Below the pieces are notes generated by a model. It saw only the letters and a program-made list of their open reading frames with translations, ran no database searches and was not told the DNA's origin. The position numbers and the translations under genes are program-made. A DNA stretch of 64,000 bases, from assembly GCA_963796245.1 (NCBI GenBank), contig CAWCLB010000006.1:20102-84101 (forward strand). Reading direction: 5' to 3'. The stretch's first letter is position 1. Each line of letters begins with the position of its first letter. This DNA comes from an uncultured haloarchaeon (GTDB lineage: Archaea; Halobacteriota; Halobacteria; Halobacteriales; Haladaptataceae). Positions 27,771 to 38,508 of the stretch are shown one piece after another.

Positions 27771-28949
27771 ATGCGAGATGTGTACTTGGTCGGCGCGGCC
27801 CAGACGGATTTCGGGTCGTTTCCCGACGAAAGCTATCGGTCGCTGTTCCGCACCGCCTTCGAAGCGACCTGTGACAGCGTTCCGGCGGGTATCGACCCGG
27901 ACGACGTGGACGAGGCAGTCGTCGGCACGCTCGGCGTCGGCGGCCGTCAACTGGGCCTCTCCGGCCCGGCAGTGACCGAACACGTCGGTCTCGACGGAAT
28001 TCCGTGCACTCGCGTCGAAAATGCTTGCGCAGCAAGCGGCTACGCAGTCAGACAAGCCGTGCAAGCCGTCAAAAGCGGTATGGCGGATGTCGTCCTCGCG
28101 GGCGGTGTCGAAATCATGACCGACACGTCGAGCGACGCGACGAAGTACTGGCTCGGCGTCTCCGGCGAAACCGAGTGGGAACGCCTCTCGGGAACCACGT
28201 TCGCGGGCGTCTACGCGCAGATGGCCGACGCACACATGGAAAAATACGGCACGACGGTTGAGGACCTCTCCCGAGTCGCGGTCAAAAACCACGCCAACGG
28301 TGCGAAGAACCCGCACGCACACCTCGGCTTCGAGTGCTCGTTGGAGGACGCGATGAACGCCCAAGTGGTGGCCGACCCGCTCACGCTGTACCACTGCTGT
28401 CCGACAACCGACGGGGCAGCCTGCGCCCTCGTCGTGAGCGAGGACGTGGTGGACGAGTACACCGACGACCCCATCCGAATCGCGGGCGTCGGCGCTGCGA
28501 GCGACCGAGTTGGACTCTTCCAGCGCGACACCTACACCAGTGTTCCAGCGTCCCGCGAAGCCGCCAAATCAGCCTACGAGATGGCGGACGTTACGCCCGA
28601 AGATATCGACTTCGCAGAAGTCCACGACTGTTTCGCCATCGCGGAACTGCTAGCGTACGAGGACCTCGGTTTCTGCGAACCCGGCGAGGCGGGCGAGTTC
28701 ATCGCCGCCGGCGCAACCGAACTCAGCGGCGAGCGTCCCGTCAACACCTCCGGTGGCCTCAAGTCGAAGGGCCACCCCATCGGCGCGACCGGGGCCGGAC
28801 AGCTGGTCGAAGCGTACAAGCAACTGTCCGGAACTGCGGGTGAGCGTCAGGTTGAGGGCGCAAAACGCGGCCTGACACACAACGTCGGCGGCAGCGGCGG
28901 GGCGGCGGTCGTCCACGTGCTCGAAAAGGAATCGGAGGTGGAAGCATGA
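27771..28949 (+). CDS. Archaeal/SCP2-type thiolase (acetyl-CoA C-acetyltransferase)
   Basis: VENACAASG, EVHDCF, KGHPIGATG, HNVGG; start MRDVYL at 27771. Confidence 0.93.
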   Translation: MRDVYLVGAAQTDFGSFPDESYRSLFRTAFEATCDSVPAGIDPDDVDEAVVGTLGVGGRQLGLSGPAVTEHVGLDGIPCTRVENACAASGYAVRQAVQAVKSGMADVVLAGGVEIMTDTSSDATKYWLGVSGETEWERLSGTTFAGVYAQMADAHMEKYGTTVEDLSRVAVKNHANGAKNPHAHLGFECSLEDAMNAQVVADPLTLYHCCPTTDGAACALVVSEDVVDEYTDDPIRIAGVGAASDRVGLFQRDTYTSVPASREAAKSAYEMADVTPEDIDFAEVHDCFAIAELLAYEDLGFCEPGEAGEFIAAGATELSGERPVNTSGGLKSKGHPIGATGAGQLVEAYKQLSGTAGERQVEGAKRGLTHNVGGSGGAAVVHVLEKESEVEA

Positions 28950-30364
28950 CTTCTATCGCCGCGGTCGGTGCCTACGCGCCACGGTTCCGAATCTCGGCCG
29001 AGGAGTTCCGCGAGGCGTGGGGGCAGTTCCACGCCGCTGGAGTGAACGAGAAGGCAGTTCTCGACGCTGACGAGGACACACTGACAATGGCTTACGAGGC
29101 CGCTCGGCGAGCGTTGGATTCCGCCGAGAATCCCGAGGTGACATTCCTTGCGTTCGCGTCCACCTCGCCACCGATGGCCGAGGAGGACGTCACCGCCCGA
29201 CTCGGCGGCATGCTCGACATGTCGGACGACGCGACGCGCCACGTCTTCACGGGGAGCACCCGCGCTGGAACGCGGGCGCTGGTGGCCGGGCTCGCCGCTG
29301 GTCCGTGGGACGACGGCGTTGGACTGGTGGTTGCCGCGGACGCCCCCGAAGGAGAACCGGATTCCACGGAAGACCACGCCGCAGGTGCGGGCGCGGCCGC
29401 CTTCGTCCTCGCCGACGACGGTCCCGCCAGCGTGGTTGAGCAGACCGAATATGCGACCGAGTTCCCCGGGACGCGCTTCCGGGCGACCGGCGAATCGAGC
29501 GTCGAAGGATTGGGCGTCACCAGCTACGACAGGCAAGCGTTCTCGGAAACGCTCGCCGGAGCAGTCGAGCAGGTGGACGCCGGCGGAGTGGACGCCGCCG
29601 CAGTCCAAGCGCCGAACGGGAAGCTCCCGTACCGGGCCGCAGGTGCGCTCGACGTTGGCATTGACGAAATTCGGGCAGGAGCGCTGGTCCACGAACTCGG
29701 AGATACCGGCGCGGCGAGCGTTCCGCTGAGCCTCGCCATGGCACTCGCCGATGGCCACGAACGCATCCTCGCCGCCTCGTTCGGGAGCGGTGCAGGTGCG
29801 GACGCGTTCGTGGTCGAAGCCAAGGGTGAACTACCCGTCTCGCTGGCGCTCGACGGCGACGACCCCGTTTCCTACGCCGAATATCTCCGACTGCGCGGCG
29901 ACCTGACCTCCGGCCCGCCAAGTGGCGGCGGAGCGTACGTCAGCGTGCCGTCGTGGCGGCGGACGCTCGACCAGCGCCACCGGCTACTCGCCGGAAAGTG
30001 CCCCGACTGCGGCGCGCTGAACTTCCCACCGGAAGGCGCGTGCAACGGTTGTAACTCGTTGGTCGAATACGACGACGTGCATCTGACCGGCGAAGGAACC
30101 ATCGAAGCCGTGACGACGATTTCGCAGGGTGGTGCGCCGCCCGAGTTCGCCGAACAGCAGTCCCAGTCGGGTGATTTCGACGTGGCAGTCGTCGCGCTCG
30201 CCGGACCGAATGGCGGGTCGGTGAGCGTCCCCGCACAGGTGACGGGGGCTAAGCCGGGCAGCCTCGAAATCGGTGATTCTGTAGGGACGACGATGCGCCG
30301 AATCTATACGCAGGAAGACGTGACGAGGTATGGATTCAAAGTTCAGCCATTGGCTGAACTTTGA
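28946..30364 (+). CDS. HMG-CoA-synthase-like (degenerate) domain fused to DUF35 zinc-ribbon/OB-fold
   Basis: DEDTLTMA, GAGAAA, SFGSGAG thiolase-fold motifs; C-terminal CPDCG...PP...CNGC plus OB fold ending YGFK. Confidence 0.85.
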   Translation: MTSIAAVGAYAPRFRISAEEFREAWGQFHAAGVNEKAVLDADEDTLTMAYEAARRALDSAENPEVTFLAFASTSPPMAEEDVTARLGGMLDMSDDATRHVFTGSTRAGTRALVAGLAAGPWDDGVGLVVAADAPEGEPDSTEDHAAGAGAAAFVLADDGPASVVEQTEYATEFPGTRFRATGESSVEGLGVTSYDRQAFSETLAGAVEQVDAGGVDAAAVQAPNGKLPYRAAGALDVGIDEIRAGALVHELGDTGAASVPLSLAMALADGHERILAASFGSGAGADAFVVEAKGELPVSLALDGDDPVSYAEYLRLRGDLTSGPPSGGGAYVSVPSWRRTLDQRHRLLAGKCPDCGALNFPPEGACNGCNSLVEYDDVHLTGEGTIEAVTTISQGGAPPEFAEQQSQSGDFDVAVVALAGPNGGSVSVPAQVTGAKPGSLEIGDSVGTTMRRIYTQEDVTRYGFKVQPLAEL

Positions 30365-30775
30365 ACAGGTCTAAACAACGCTATCCTTGACGTTTTCTCA
30401 CCGCGGCGCGCGGCGGACAAACGCTTTTCGACTTCTCACGTTTCGACGGCGAACTTTCACGGAAGTATACACTCCTCGTCTCCCGTCAGTAATCATGTCG
30501 ATTTTCGCGATAAAATTCGAGAAAACAAATGGCGGCACGGCTCCGGGATGTACTTTGTTTTCGAAATAAATTGTGTCTCGTGTACCCCTACCCGAGACAA
30601 TTAGTCGATTTCTCGGGGAGGATAAAAACTTTCTGTAAACGGTTGCGTCGATAGGACATTCGAGAACAGTATCCGATTTATATCACAGATAGTTCGACTG
30701 TCCGATTCCGTCGTGTTCGGCACGGGAAAGCGCGGAGATAAACGTTTTTCCTTCGTCCGCGCGCGTTTTAGCACG

Positions 30776-31666
30776 ATGAAGGTAGGCGTACTCGGAGCGG
30801 GGACGATGGGCCACGGAATCGCACAGGTGACGGCGATGGCGGGCCACGACGTGACGCTCCGCGATATCGAGACGGAGTTCGTAGAGAACGGAATCGAGAG
30901 CATCGAGGCGAACCTCCAAGGTGGTGTCGAGCGCGACAAGGTGACGAAATCCGAGAAGGAAGCCGCGCTCGACCGTATTTCCGGGACGACGGACCTCCAA
31001 GAAGCCGTCGGCGACGCGGACATGGTGGTCGAGGCAGTGCCCGAGAAGATGGAAATCAAACGGAGCACGTTCGAGGAGGTGGAAGAACTCGTCGCGGACG
31101 ACACGATTATCGCGTCGAACACCTCGTCGCTCTCGTTGACCGAAATCGCCAGCGCGCTGGACGACCCCAGCCGGGCAATTGGACTGCACTTTTTCAACCC
31201 GGTTCACATCATGAAGCTGGTCGAAATCGTGATTCCCGAGCAGAGTAGTGTGAAAACGGTCGATTTCGCATCCGAATTCGTGGACGGCATCGACAAGGTT
31301 GGCGTCGAAGTCAACGACTCGCCAGGATTCGCGTCTTCACGGCTGGGCGTCGCACTTGGCGTCGAAGCGATTCGCATGCTGCAGGAAGGCGTGGCGAGCC
31401 CCCAAGACATCGATACGGCGATGGAACTCGGCTACAACCACCCGATGGGTCCCATCGAACTCGGCGATGTGGTCGGGTTGGACGTTCGGCTCGGCATCCT
31501 CGAACACCTCCGCGAGGAACTCGGCGAGCGATTCCGCCCACCACAGATTCTGCGCCAGAAAGTCCGCGCCGGAAAACTCGGCAAGAAGACCGGCGAGGGG
31601 TTCTACGTGTGGGAGGACGGCGAGATTGTGGGGGTCTCCGGCGAAGCGGGAAGTGATGACGAATGA
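30776..31666 (+). CDS. 3-hydroxyacyl-CoA dehydrogenase
   Basis: GAGTMGHG, EAVPE, SNTSS, GLHFFNP, HPMGP, GKLGKKTGEGFY. Confidence 0.95.
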   Translation: MKVGVLGAGTMGHGIAQVTAMAGHDVTLRDIETEFVENGIESIEANLQGGVERDKVTKSEKEAALDRISGTTDLQEAVGDADMVVEAVPEKMEIKRSTFEEVEELVADDTIIASNTSSLSLTEIASALDDPSRAIGLHFFNPVHIMKLVEIVIPEQSSVKTVDFASEFVDGIDKVGVEVNDSPGFASSRLGVALGVEAIRMLQEGVASPQDIDTAMELGYNHPMGPIELGDVVGLDVRLGILEHLREELGERFRPPQILRQKVRAGKLGKKTGEGFYVWEDGEIVGVSGEAGSDDE

Positions 31667-32487
31667 CCGACGACGACACTCCCGGCAGTCCCGAGCAGGT
31701 CGCAAGCGAGTGCGAGACGGTCGATTTCTCCGTCGAAGAGTACGTCGGCACCGTTACACTGAATCGACCGGACGCCCGCAACGCGCTGAACGCGCAGGTA
31801 CGCGCCGAACTGAAAGACGTTCTCGACGCCGTCGAAGCGTCGTCGGACGTGCGCGTCGTCGTCCTCACAGGTGCGTCGGAGGCGAAGGCGTTCGTCGCAG
31901 GGGCGGACGTGAAGGAACTGCGCGAGCGAGACGCGCTCTCCCAGCGCGAAGCGAGCAAGCGACCGCGCGTGTACGAGTACGTGGACGACCTCGAAAAGCC
32001 GGTCATCGCAGCCATCAACGGCCACGCACTCGGTGGCGGCTGTGAACTCGCACAGGCCTGCGACGTGCGTATCGCGCATGAGCGGGCGAAACTCGGACAA
32101 CCGGAAATCAACCTCGGCATCATGCCCGGCGGCGGCGGAACCCAGCGACTCGCCCGACTGGTCGGCGAGGGGCAGGCCATGCGACTCGTCCTCTCAGGGG
32201 AAATCATCGACGCCGAGGAAGCTCACGACATCGGTCTCGTGGACGAGGTATGTTCGGACGACGAGTTCGAAGACCGCGTGTACGAACTCGCAGGGAGGAT
32301 GGCGGACAAAAGCCCGACGGCGCTCGAACTGGCGAAAAAGGCAGTCAAAGCGAGCAGTCGGATGGATATCGAATCCGGCATCGAATACGAAGCCGAACTG
32401 TTCGCCCTGCTGTTTGCGTCGGGCGATAAAAACGAGGGGATAGACGCGTTCCTCGAAGACCGCGACCCCGAGTGGGAAGACCGGTAA
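31663..32487 (+). CDS. Enoyl-CoA hydratase/isomerase
   Basis: LNRPDARNAL, AFVAGAD, ALGGGCEL, GQPEINLGIMPGGGGTQRL. Confidence 0.95.
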   Translation: MTDDDTPGSPEQVASECETVDFSVEEYVGTVTLNRPDARNALNAQVRAELKDVLDAVEASSDVRVVVLTGASEAKAFVAGADVKELRERDALSQREASKRPRVYEYVDDLEKPVIAAINGHALGGGCELAQACDVRIAHERAKLGQPEINLGIMPGGGGTQRLARLVGEGQAMRLVLSGEIIDAEEAHDIGLVDEVCSDDEFEDRVYELAGRMADKSPTALELAKKAVKASSRMDIESGIEYEAELFALLFASGDKNEGIDAFLEDRDPEWEDR

Positions 32488-32528
32488 CGACGGTCTCACT
32501 AACTGTGGCTACGCCCTGCCAACGGTAG

Positions 32529-33314
32529 CTATAACCCGCCGATGAGGGTCGCCCGCTCGCGGTAGGATTCGAACACATCCGTTCCCCAGTCCATCGCGGC
32601 GGGCGTATCGTTGGTAATGGTTCCACGGAGTTCACCACGCTCGTCGTAGACGACGACACTGATGCCGTCGTGTGCCCCTTCGACGACGATGAGCCCGTAC
32701 GGGAGCGTCTCGTCCATTTCCCAGAGGGAGAGCCGGTCGGATTCCAGCGTTTCCGTCAACTCCTCGCCGTAATCCGTGACCAGATACTCGACCACGGGCC
32801 GTTCAAGCACCAACTCCGCCGTCATCGTCCCGTCGATGACACGGTCGTGAAACAGTTCGACGTACTGCGGAAGTGCGACGGGTGAAATACCGCGCACGAG
32901 GTCCGCGTTTTCGACCATCTCTTCGAACGACCGAATCGGATAGTTCGGGGCGTGTCGCTCGGCGAGAACCGTGGTGGCGTCGTCGATGAATGCTGTAGAT
33001 AACTCCGCATCCGACGGGAGAATTGAGAGCAGTTGACGCGTTTGACAGACATCTTCGACGGTCGTTCGAAAGGAACTGTACTCGGCTTCGAGGATTCGTC
33101 CGGCGAGCGTCAAGGCGAGTCCGTCGTCAGTTCGTTCGACGAGTTCGTGTTCGTGGAGTTCCCGAACCGCTTTGTACACCGTCGAGCGGGAGACGCCGAG
33201 TTCCTCCCCGAGATGGCGTTTCGGAATCGGTCCCGACGAGAGTGTTGAGAGAAATCCAGCACGCTTGACGACTGTCGAAATCAACGCCTCCGGAAGGTCA
33301 CTCTCGTCGGACAT
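32529..33314 (-). CDS. Haloarchaeal HTH transcriptional regulator with C-terminal sensor domain
   Basis: LGVSRSTVYKAVREL HTH; C-terminal LPYGL...TND...WG...FESY typical of this archaeal family. Confidence 0.8.
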   Translation of the reverse strand: MSDESDLPEALISTVVKRAGFLSTLSSGPIPKRHLGEELGVSRSTVYKAVRELHEHELVERTDDGLALTLAGRILEAEYSSFRTTVEDVCQTRQLLSILPSDAELSTAFIDDATTVLAERHAPNYPIRSFEEMVENADLVRGISPVALPQYVELFHDRVIDGTMTAELVLERPVVEYLVTDYGEELTETLESDRLSLWEMDETLPYGLIVVEGAHDGISVVVYDERGELRGTITNDTPAAMDWGTDVFESYRERATLIGGL

Positions 33315-33561
33315 GAACTACCAACCGTTTCTCACCCTTCTATTATAAACCTGATTTAAAAAACAGTAACAAATATAAGCATTGTTCGGAATTCGAGACG
33401 CGTTTTACGAAGAGATACGACTGTTCGCGTTCGAATCTCGTTCGTCGAAATAAAGTAATAACCCTTCAGTTTAATGATTTAATCGTCCGGACGTTCGGTT
33501 CGGACCATGGTTTCCGTGACACGACGGCCCGACACACTCCACGGACGATAAGGAGACACGC

Positions 33562-33918
33562 ATGGTCACAAATCAGCATTCAATCGGACGTAGTAACGAG
33601 ACCGGCACGCCATCATCATCCGAACTGTTCGCTATCCTTGAACATCGTTTTCGCCGCACGGTTCTCGAATATCTCTCGGTACACGACCCGCCGATTTCGT
33701 TGGCAGAACTCGTTACGGTCGTCGCCGAGGACAAAACAGTCCCGGAATCGAACCATCGACAGCTCGTCATCGAACTACACCACAATCACCTCCCACGACT
33801 TTCGGACTACGGACTCATCAGCTACGATTTCGAAACGAACACGGTCGAACAGGGTTTCGATGACCCCACCGTCGAAGCCGTTCTCAACCTCGTCGCTGGG
33901 TCATCCCTCAGAATGTGA
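33562..33918 (+). CDS. Small winged-HTH (DUF7344-like) protein
   Basis: LFAILEHRFRRTVL...LHHNHLPRLSDYGLISYD. Confidence 0.75.
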   Translation: MVTNQHSIGRSNETGTPSSSELFAILEHRFRRTVLEYLSVHDPPISLAELVTVVAEDKTVPESNHRQLVIELHHNHLPRLSDYGLISYDFETNTVEQGFDDPTVEAVLNLVAGSSLRM

Positions 33919-34146
33919 GGTGTGGCGGTAGAGGCCACACCCGTCAGAGACACATTGCAGTACCGACTGCCTGACGCGACAGTGTAAAGCACTATCCGCA
34001 GGCGTTATTCGAATGTGACTGGTTGAATATATGTCTTTGGTTAATAATTGAACACTGTCGATTCATCATATATATCATGATGCATATATTCGGTGCGACG
34101 GCGACACGAACACAAGATTTAGGCGCACTTGTCGGGCAGTATTCGT

Positions 34147-34983
34147 ATGGTAAGTAGCGACTGGGGAGACTGGCTGCCACGCGAAGTCGAAGACACGACA
34201 CCCGATGGAATCGCCCTCTGGTATCTGGGCTGTAACGGGTTCGTCCTGAAGGGAAGCGACGGAACGACGCTGTTCATCGACCCGTACGTCGGCACGGGCG
34301 ACCCGCCGCGAACCGTCCGGATGATTCCCATCCCGTTCGACCCCGAAGACGTGACGGAGGCCGACGCGGTGCTGGCGACCCACGAACACACCGACCACGT
34401 CCACGGACCGAGCCAAGCACCCATCCTCGCCTCGACCGGCGCGACGTTCTACGGGGCAGACGACAGTCTCGCCGTCGCACACGAGGACGAGGAATGGACG
34501 GCCAACTGGGACGTTTCCGAGGATCAGTTCGAAGAAGTGGAGGAGGGCAACACGTTCGAAGTCGGCGAATTCACGATTCACGTCGAACCGGCCCACGATG
34601 CCGACGCGACACACCCCATCTCCTACGTCATCGAACACGGCGACATCACGTTCTTCCACGGCGGCGACACGAAACCCGGCGACGAACTCGAATCCATCGG
34701 CGACGCCTACGACATCGATATTGGTGTCCTTGCCTTCGGCTCAGACGGCAGGATTCCGGACAAGGAAACCCGCGAACCGAAGTACACCAAGTGGTACAGC
34801 GACGAAAACGAGATTGCCGACGCGGCGAACGCGCTCAAACTGGACACCCTCCTGCCGACCCACTGGGACATGTGGAAAGGGCTGACGGCCGACCCGACGG
34901 CGCTGTATGACCACACGCGGAGTTACGGGTACCCGGACTCACTGGAAATCGTCGAAATCGGTGACTGCGTCGAGTTGAGCTAA
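34147..34983 (+). CDS. MBL-fold metallo-hydrolase (UlaG-like)
   Basis: THEHTDH, FHGGDT, PTHWD. Confidence 0.9.
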   Translation: MVSSDWGDWLPREVEDTTPDGIALWYLGCNGFVLKGSDGTTLFIDPYVGTGDPPRTVRMIPIPFDPEDVTEADAVLATHEHTDHVHGPSQAPILASTGATFYGADDSLAVAHEDEEWTANWDVSEDQFEEVEEGNTFEVGEFTIHVEPAHDADATHPISYVIEHGDITFFHGGDTKPGDELESIGDAYDIDIGVLAFGSDGRIPDKETREPKYTKWYSDENEIADAANALKLDTLLPTHWDMWKGLTADPTALYDHTRSYGYPDSLEIVEIGDCVELS

Positions 34984-35016
34984 ATAACAGCGAACGTCGA
35001 TTTTCGTCTCGGGCGT

Positions 35017-35316
35017 TCAGTGCGAGTGACCGGTCGCCTGCTCGAACGTGATGCCGATTCGCTCTTCGAACAGTTCCCGTGCTTTCTCCTCGATAGCGGC
35101 GACTTCCTCGTCGGGTTCGCCCTGCGTGTGGTGAACGGCCGCGTGAGCCTGCTGGACGAAGGAGACGACAGCCATGTCGCCGATGACGGCTTCTCGCGAT
35201 TCGCCCTCCTCACGGAGCAAGTCGATGAGTCCCGGCGGAAGTTCGACTTCGTCGCTGTTGTCGTCCGGTCCTTCGATGGTGTACGTTTCGGTTTCGACGG
35301 AATCGGTTTCTACCAT
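35017..35316 (-). CDS. Conserved haloarchaeal hypothetical protein
   Basis: Acidic 99 aa with AHAAVHH and C-terminal TGHSH; TATA-like cttaac upstream. Confidence 0.7.
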   Translation of the reverse strand: MVETDSVETETYTIEGPDDNSDEVELPPGLIDLLREEGESREAVIGDMAVVSFVQQAHAAVHHTQGEPDEEVAAIEEKARELFEERIGITFEQATGHSH

Positions 35317-35560
35317 ATCCCTCGTTTTGACGTGGAGCGTTAAGGGTCTGTGGATGGCGACTGCACGGAGAGAATCACATCAATCATCTGTTTGGATTGG
35401 AACTGGTTATCCGTAACTTCGTTCATCCTATTCCCACGAAAACGGTATCAAAGACCACTTAACGATGGATTTTGTAGATGCTGGTGATGATTCAGACAGA
35501 GAGAGTTCTATTTCACACGAAAGAGACACAACGAGCCACCACGCCAAATCCGGACTCATA

Positions 35561-36781
35561 ATGTCCTCACTACTGTTCATCATCACCGTCGCGTTGATCG
35601 CATCGCTGTTCATGTCGTGGACGGTCGGCGCGAACAGCAACTCCGCACCCGTCGCACCCGCCGTCGGCGCGAACGCGCTGTCGATTCTGCGGGCCGCGCT
35701 GTTGGTGGGAATCGTCGCCGGACTCGGTGCCATCGTCCAAGGCGGGAGCATCTCCGAGACCATCGGAAAGGACCTCGTTACCGGCGTGACGATAACACCG
35801 GTTGCGGCCGCAACAGCCTTGTTGACGGCCGCGACGCTCATTACCATCGGCAACACGCGCGGCTACCCGATTCCGTCGGCCTTTGCCGTCACGGGTGCGA
35901 TGGTCGGCGCTGGTATCTCGCTCGGCGGCGGGTTCGCAACGCACGAGTACATCAAAATCCTCGCGTTCTGGTTCACGATTCCGATAACCAACGCGATAAT
36001 CGCCTACTGTGTCGCCCGAGCGCTCCGGAGTGAGTCGGTACCGGAATCAGTCGGCATCCCCGCGTTAGCCGGTCTCGTTGGCTACACAGTCGCCAACATC
36101 CAACTGACTATTACGCCGAAATCGAACGGTAAACCCGGTTCAGTCGCCCGATTACTCTCCACGGACTGGGATTTGTTCCCGGGTCATCTCGTCGGGAGCT
36201 ACACCCTCGGCATGGTCGCCGTTAGCGTCGCTTTCGGCATCCTCGCCGTTCTCATCACTCGCTTAGCGCTCGTGGACGACGAGCAGAAAGGAATCAACCG
36301 ATTTCTGGTCGTCCTCGGTCTCATGGTCGTGTTCACGAGTGGTGGAACGCAGGTCGGTCTCGCAACCGGCCCGCTGGAAGCCATCTTCCAAACCGACCTG
36401 CACATTTCCACGGTGTATCTGCTGGCGCTCGGCGGTCTCGGTATCCTCGTCGGTGCGTGGACGCGTGCACCACGCCTCATTCAGGCGGTCGCACAGGAGT
36501 ACGCGTCACTCGGTCCACGTCGGTCGATTGCTGCACTCATCCCGGCGTTTCTCATCGCGCAACTCGCCATCGTCCTCGGCATTCCCATCTCGTTCAACAA
36601 GGTGATGATTTCGAGTATCGTCGGTGCCGGGTTGGCAGTCAGTTCCTCCAACTCCGGAAGCGGTGTGTCAGCGTCGAAGGCGGGCTACACCGTCGGTGCG
36701 TGGGTGGTGTCGATGATTGGTGCCGGACTCATCAGCTTCGGGCTGTATCGACTGCTGACGGTGGTGCCGGGCATTACGTGA
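35561..36781 (+). CDS. PiT-family inorganic phosphate/anion transporter
   Basis: GAN...APAVGA, GYPIP, LGIPIS, SSIVGAG; ~11 TM helices. Confidence 0.85.
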   Translation: MSSLLFIITVALIASLFMSWTVGANSNSAPVAPAVGANALSILRAALLVGIVAGLGAIVQGGSISETIGKDLVTGVTITPVAAATALLTAATLITIGNTRGYPIPSAFAVTGAMVGAGISLGGGFATHEYIKILAFWFTIPITNAIIAYCVARALRSESVPESVGIPALAGLVGYTVANIQLTITPKSNGKPGSVARLLSTDWDLFPGHLVGSYTLGMVAVSVAFGILAVLITRLALVDDEQKGINRFLVVLGLMVVFTSGGTQVGLATGPLEAIFQTDLHISTVYLLALGGLGILVGAWTRAPRLIQAVAQEYASLGPRRSIAALIPAFLIAQLAIVLGIPISFNKVMISSIVGAGLAVSSSNSGSGVSASKAGYTVGAWVVSMIGAGLISFGLYRLLTVVPGIT

Positions 36782-37061
36782 ACACGCAGCCAGCTGGTCG
36801 AGAATTCGCTCTTCTGCGGCGACCGTTTTCATCCGCTTCCACGTCGAAGAGTCCGTCGTCTCTGCGACGTCGCTATCGAAGGAGTCGTTCGGGAGTTCGT
36901 CCATCTTTGCGGTGTTTCAAGATTCCACGAACTCGTCCGATAGAAGGCGTGGAACGAGTCGAATTGGGTGTGCCCCCGCATGAACTCCTTCGAGAAGAAC
37001 TCGTCCGATTCACACGCGTTCCCTCCTGTAAACCGAAGATTCGTTCGATTGCGGCTTCGAA

Positions 37062-38399
37062 TCAGTCGTCGGAGGCCGCCGCGCCTTCTTGTGCGGCACT
37101 CGTTTCGCCGAGTTCGGTCGTCTCCAAGTAGTCGTCCGCGTCGAGTGCGGCTTTACATCCCATGCCCGCTGCAGTCACGGCCTGCTGGTAGTGGAAGTCC
37201 ACCACGTCACCCGCGCCGAAGATGCCGGGAACATCGGTTTTCGTCTGATTACCACCCTTGCCACCCTGCGTGCGGATATAGCCCTCCTCGTCCAGTTCGA
37301 CGCCCGTGTCTTCGAGATACGTCGTGTTCGGCGTGTGGCCGATGGCGAGGAACACCGCGCCGGCGTCGAAGTCAAACTCCTCTGTTTCGGGGTCGTCGAG
37401 TTTTTGTGACGGCTTTCCCTCGGGATTCGTCACCATCGTGACGTGGTCGACACCCTCCTCGGGTGAGCCGTGAATCTCGGTCACTTCGGTGTTTTTCATG
37501 ATCTCGATGTCGCCAGCATCCACCTTCTCCTGGAGGCGGTCCTGCCAGTAGTTCTCCGCGCGGAACTCCTCGCGGCGGTGGACGAGATACACCTTCTTTG
37601 CGAACTTCGTCAGGAACGTCGCCTCCTCGAACGCGGCATCACCGCCGCCGATGACCACCATTTCCTCGTCGCGGAAGAACGCGCCGTCACAGGTTGCACA
37701 GGTCGAGACACCGTACCCCATCAGGTCATCCTCACCGGGAATCGACAGCGTTCGAGCGCTCGCGCCACTGGCCGCGATGAGTGCGTCCGTCGTGTATACG
37801 TCGCCGTTCGTGAGTTCGACGCGGAACGGGCGCGAGGACTCGTCAACGTCCGCGATGATGCCGGTTTTTACCTCGGCACCGAACCGCTCGGCCTGTTCCT
37901 GCATGTTGTTGATGAGTTCCGGACCGCTGATGCCGTCCGGGAAGCCGGGGTAGTTCTCCACGTCCGTCGTTAGCGTCAACTGCCCGCCCGGCTCGTCGCC
38001 CTGCAACACGAGCGGGTCGTTGTTCGACCGCGCGGAGTAGATGGCTGCGGTCAGCCCCGCGATTCCGCTTCCGGAAACGATGAGTTTGCGGTGTTCCGCG
38101 TCCGTATCGGTGGTTTCACCACCGTCCGCAACTGCGAGTCCGAGTTTTTCGTCCAACTCGCCCTCCCCTTCGAGCGCATTGGTCTCGTCCCACCCGCCGA
38201 TGAGTTCGTCGTCGATGAACACTTCCGGCGCCGTCTTGCGACCGTCCGCGCGCTCGACCATCTCCTCGAACAGTTCCTCATCGCCAGTGACGTTGTACGT
38301 CTCGTACTCGACTCCCTTCTCGTCGAGGAGGTCTTTCGCCTTATCGCAATACGGACAGTTCTCCTTGGTGTAAACCTCGACCCGAGGCTCTTCGCTCAT
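37062..38399 (-). CDS. trxB: Glutaredoxin-thioredoxin reductase fusion
   Basis: N-terminal CPYC Grx; GSGIAG, VENYPGF, CATCDG, GGGDAAFEEA, HRREEFRA, GAGDV. Confidence 0.93.
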   Translation of the reverse strand: MSEEPRVEVYTKENCPYCDKAKDLLDEKGVEYETYNVTGDEELFEEMVERADGRKTAPEVFIDDELIGGWDETNALEGEGELDEKLGLAVADGGETTDTDAEHRKLIVSGSGIAGLTAAIYSARSNNDPLVLQGDEPGGQLTLTTDVENYPGFPDGISGPELINNMQEQAERFGAEVKTGIIADVDESSRPFRVELTNGDVYTTDALIAASGASARTLSIPGEDDLMGYGVSTCATCDGAFFRDEEMVVIGGGDAAFEEATFLTKFAKKVYLVHRREEFRAENYWQDRLQEKVDAGDIEIMKNTEVTEIHGSPEEGVDHVTMVTNPEGKPSQKLDDPETEEFDFDAGAVFLAIGHTPNTTYLEDTGVELDEEGYIRTQGGKGGNQTKTDVPGIFGAGDVVDFHYQQAVTAAGMGCKAALDADDYLETTELGETSAAQEGAAASDD

Positions 38400-38508
38400 G
38401 GTGCAATATCGATTGTCGTCGTGTATTTACCTTGCGCTGTCTCCCGTGCTTTCCGGTTTCGCGGTCGGTGTCGCAGGCCTTACCTTCGCGCTCCGCCACA
38501 CATCGGTC

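Noticed and set aside
34064-34082. Inverted repeat CATCAT-N7-ATGATG upstream of the MBL hydrolase
   Set aside because: Short arms in low-complexity AT-rich DNA and a single occurrence; not distinguishable from chance
36668-36904. 78-aa minus-strand ORF MDELPNDSF...
   Set aside because: The acidic first half might be a real micro-protein, but the ORF overlaps the PiT gene by over 100 nt and shows no motif; insufficient support
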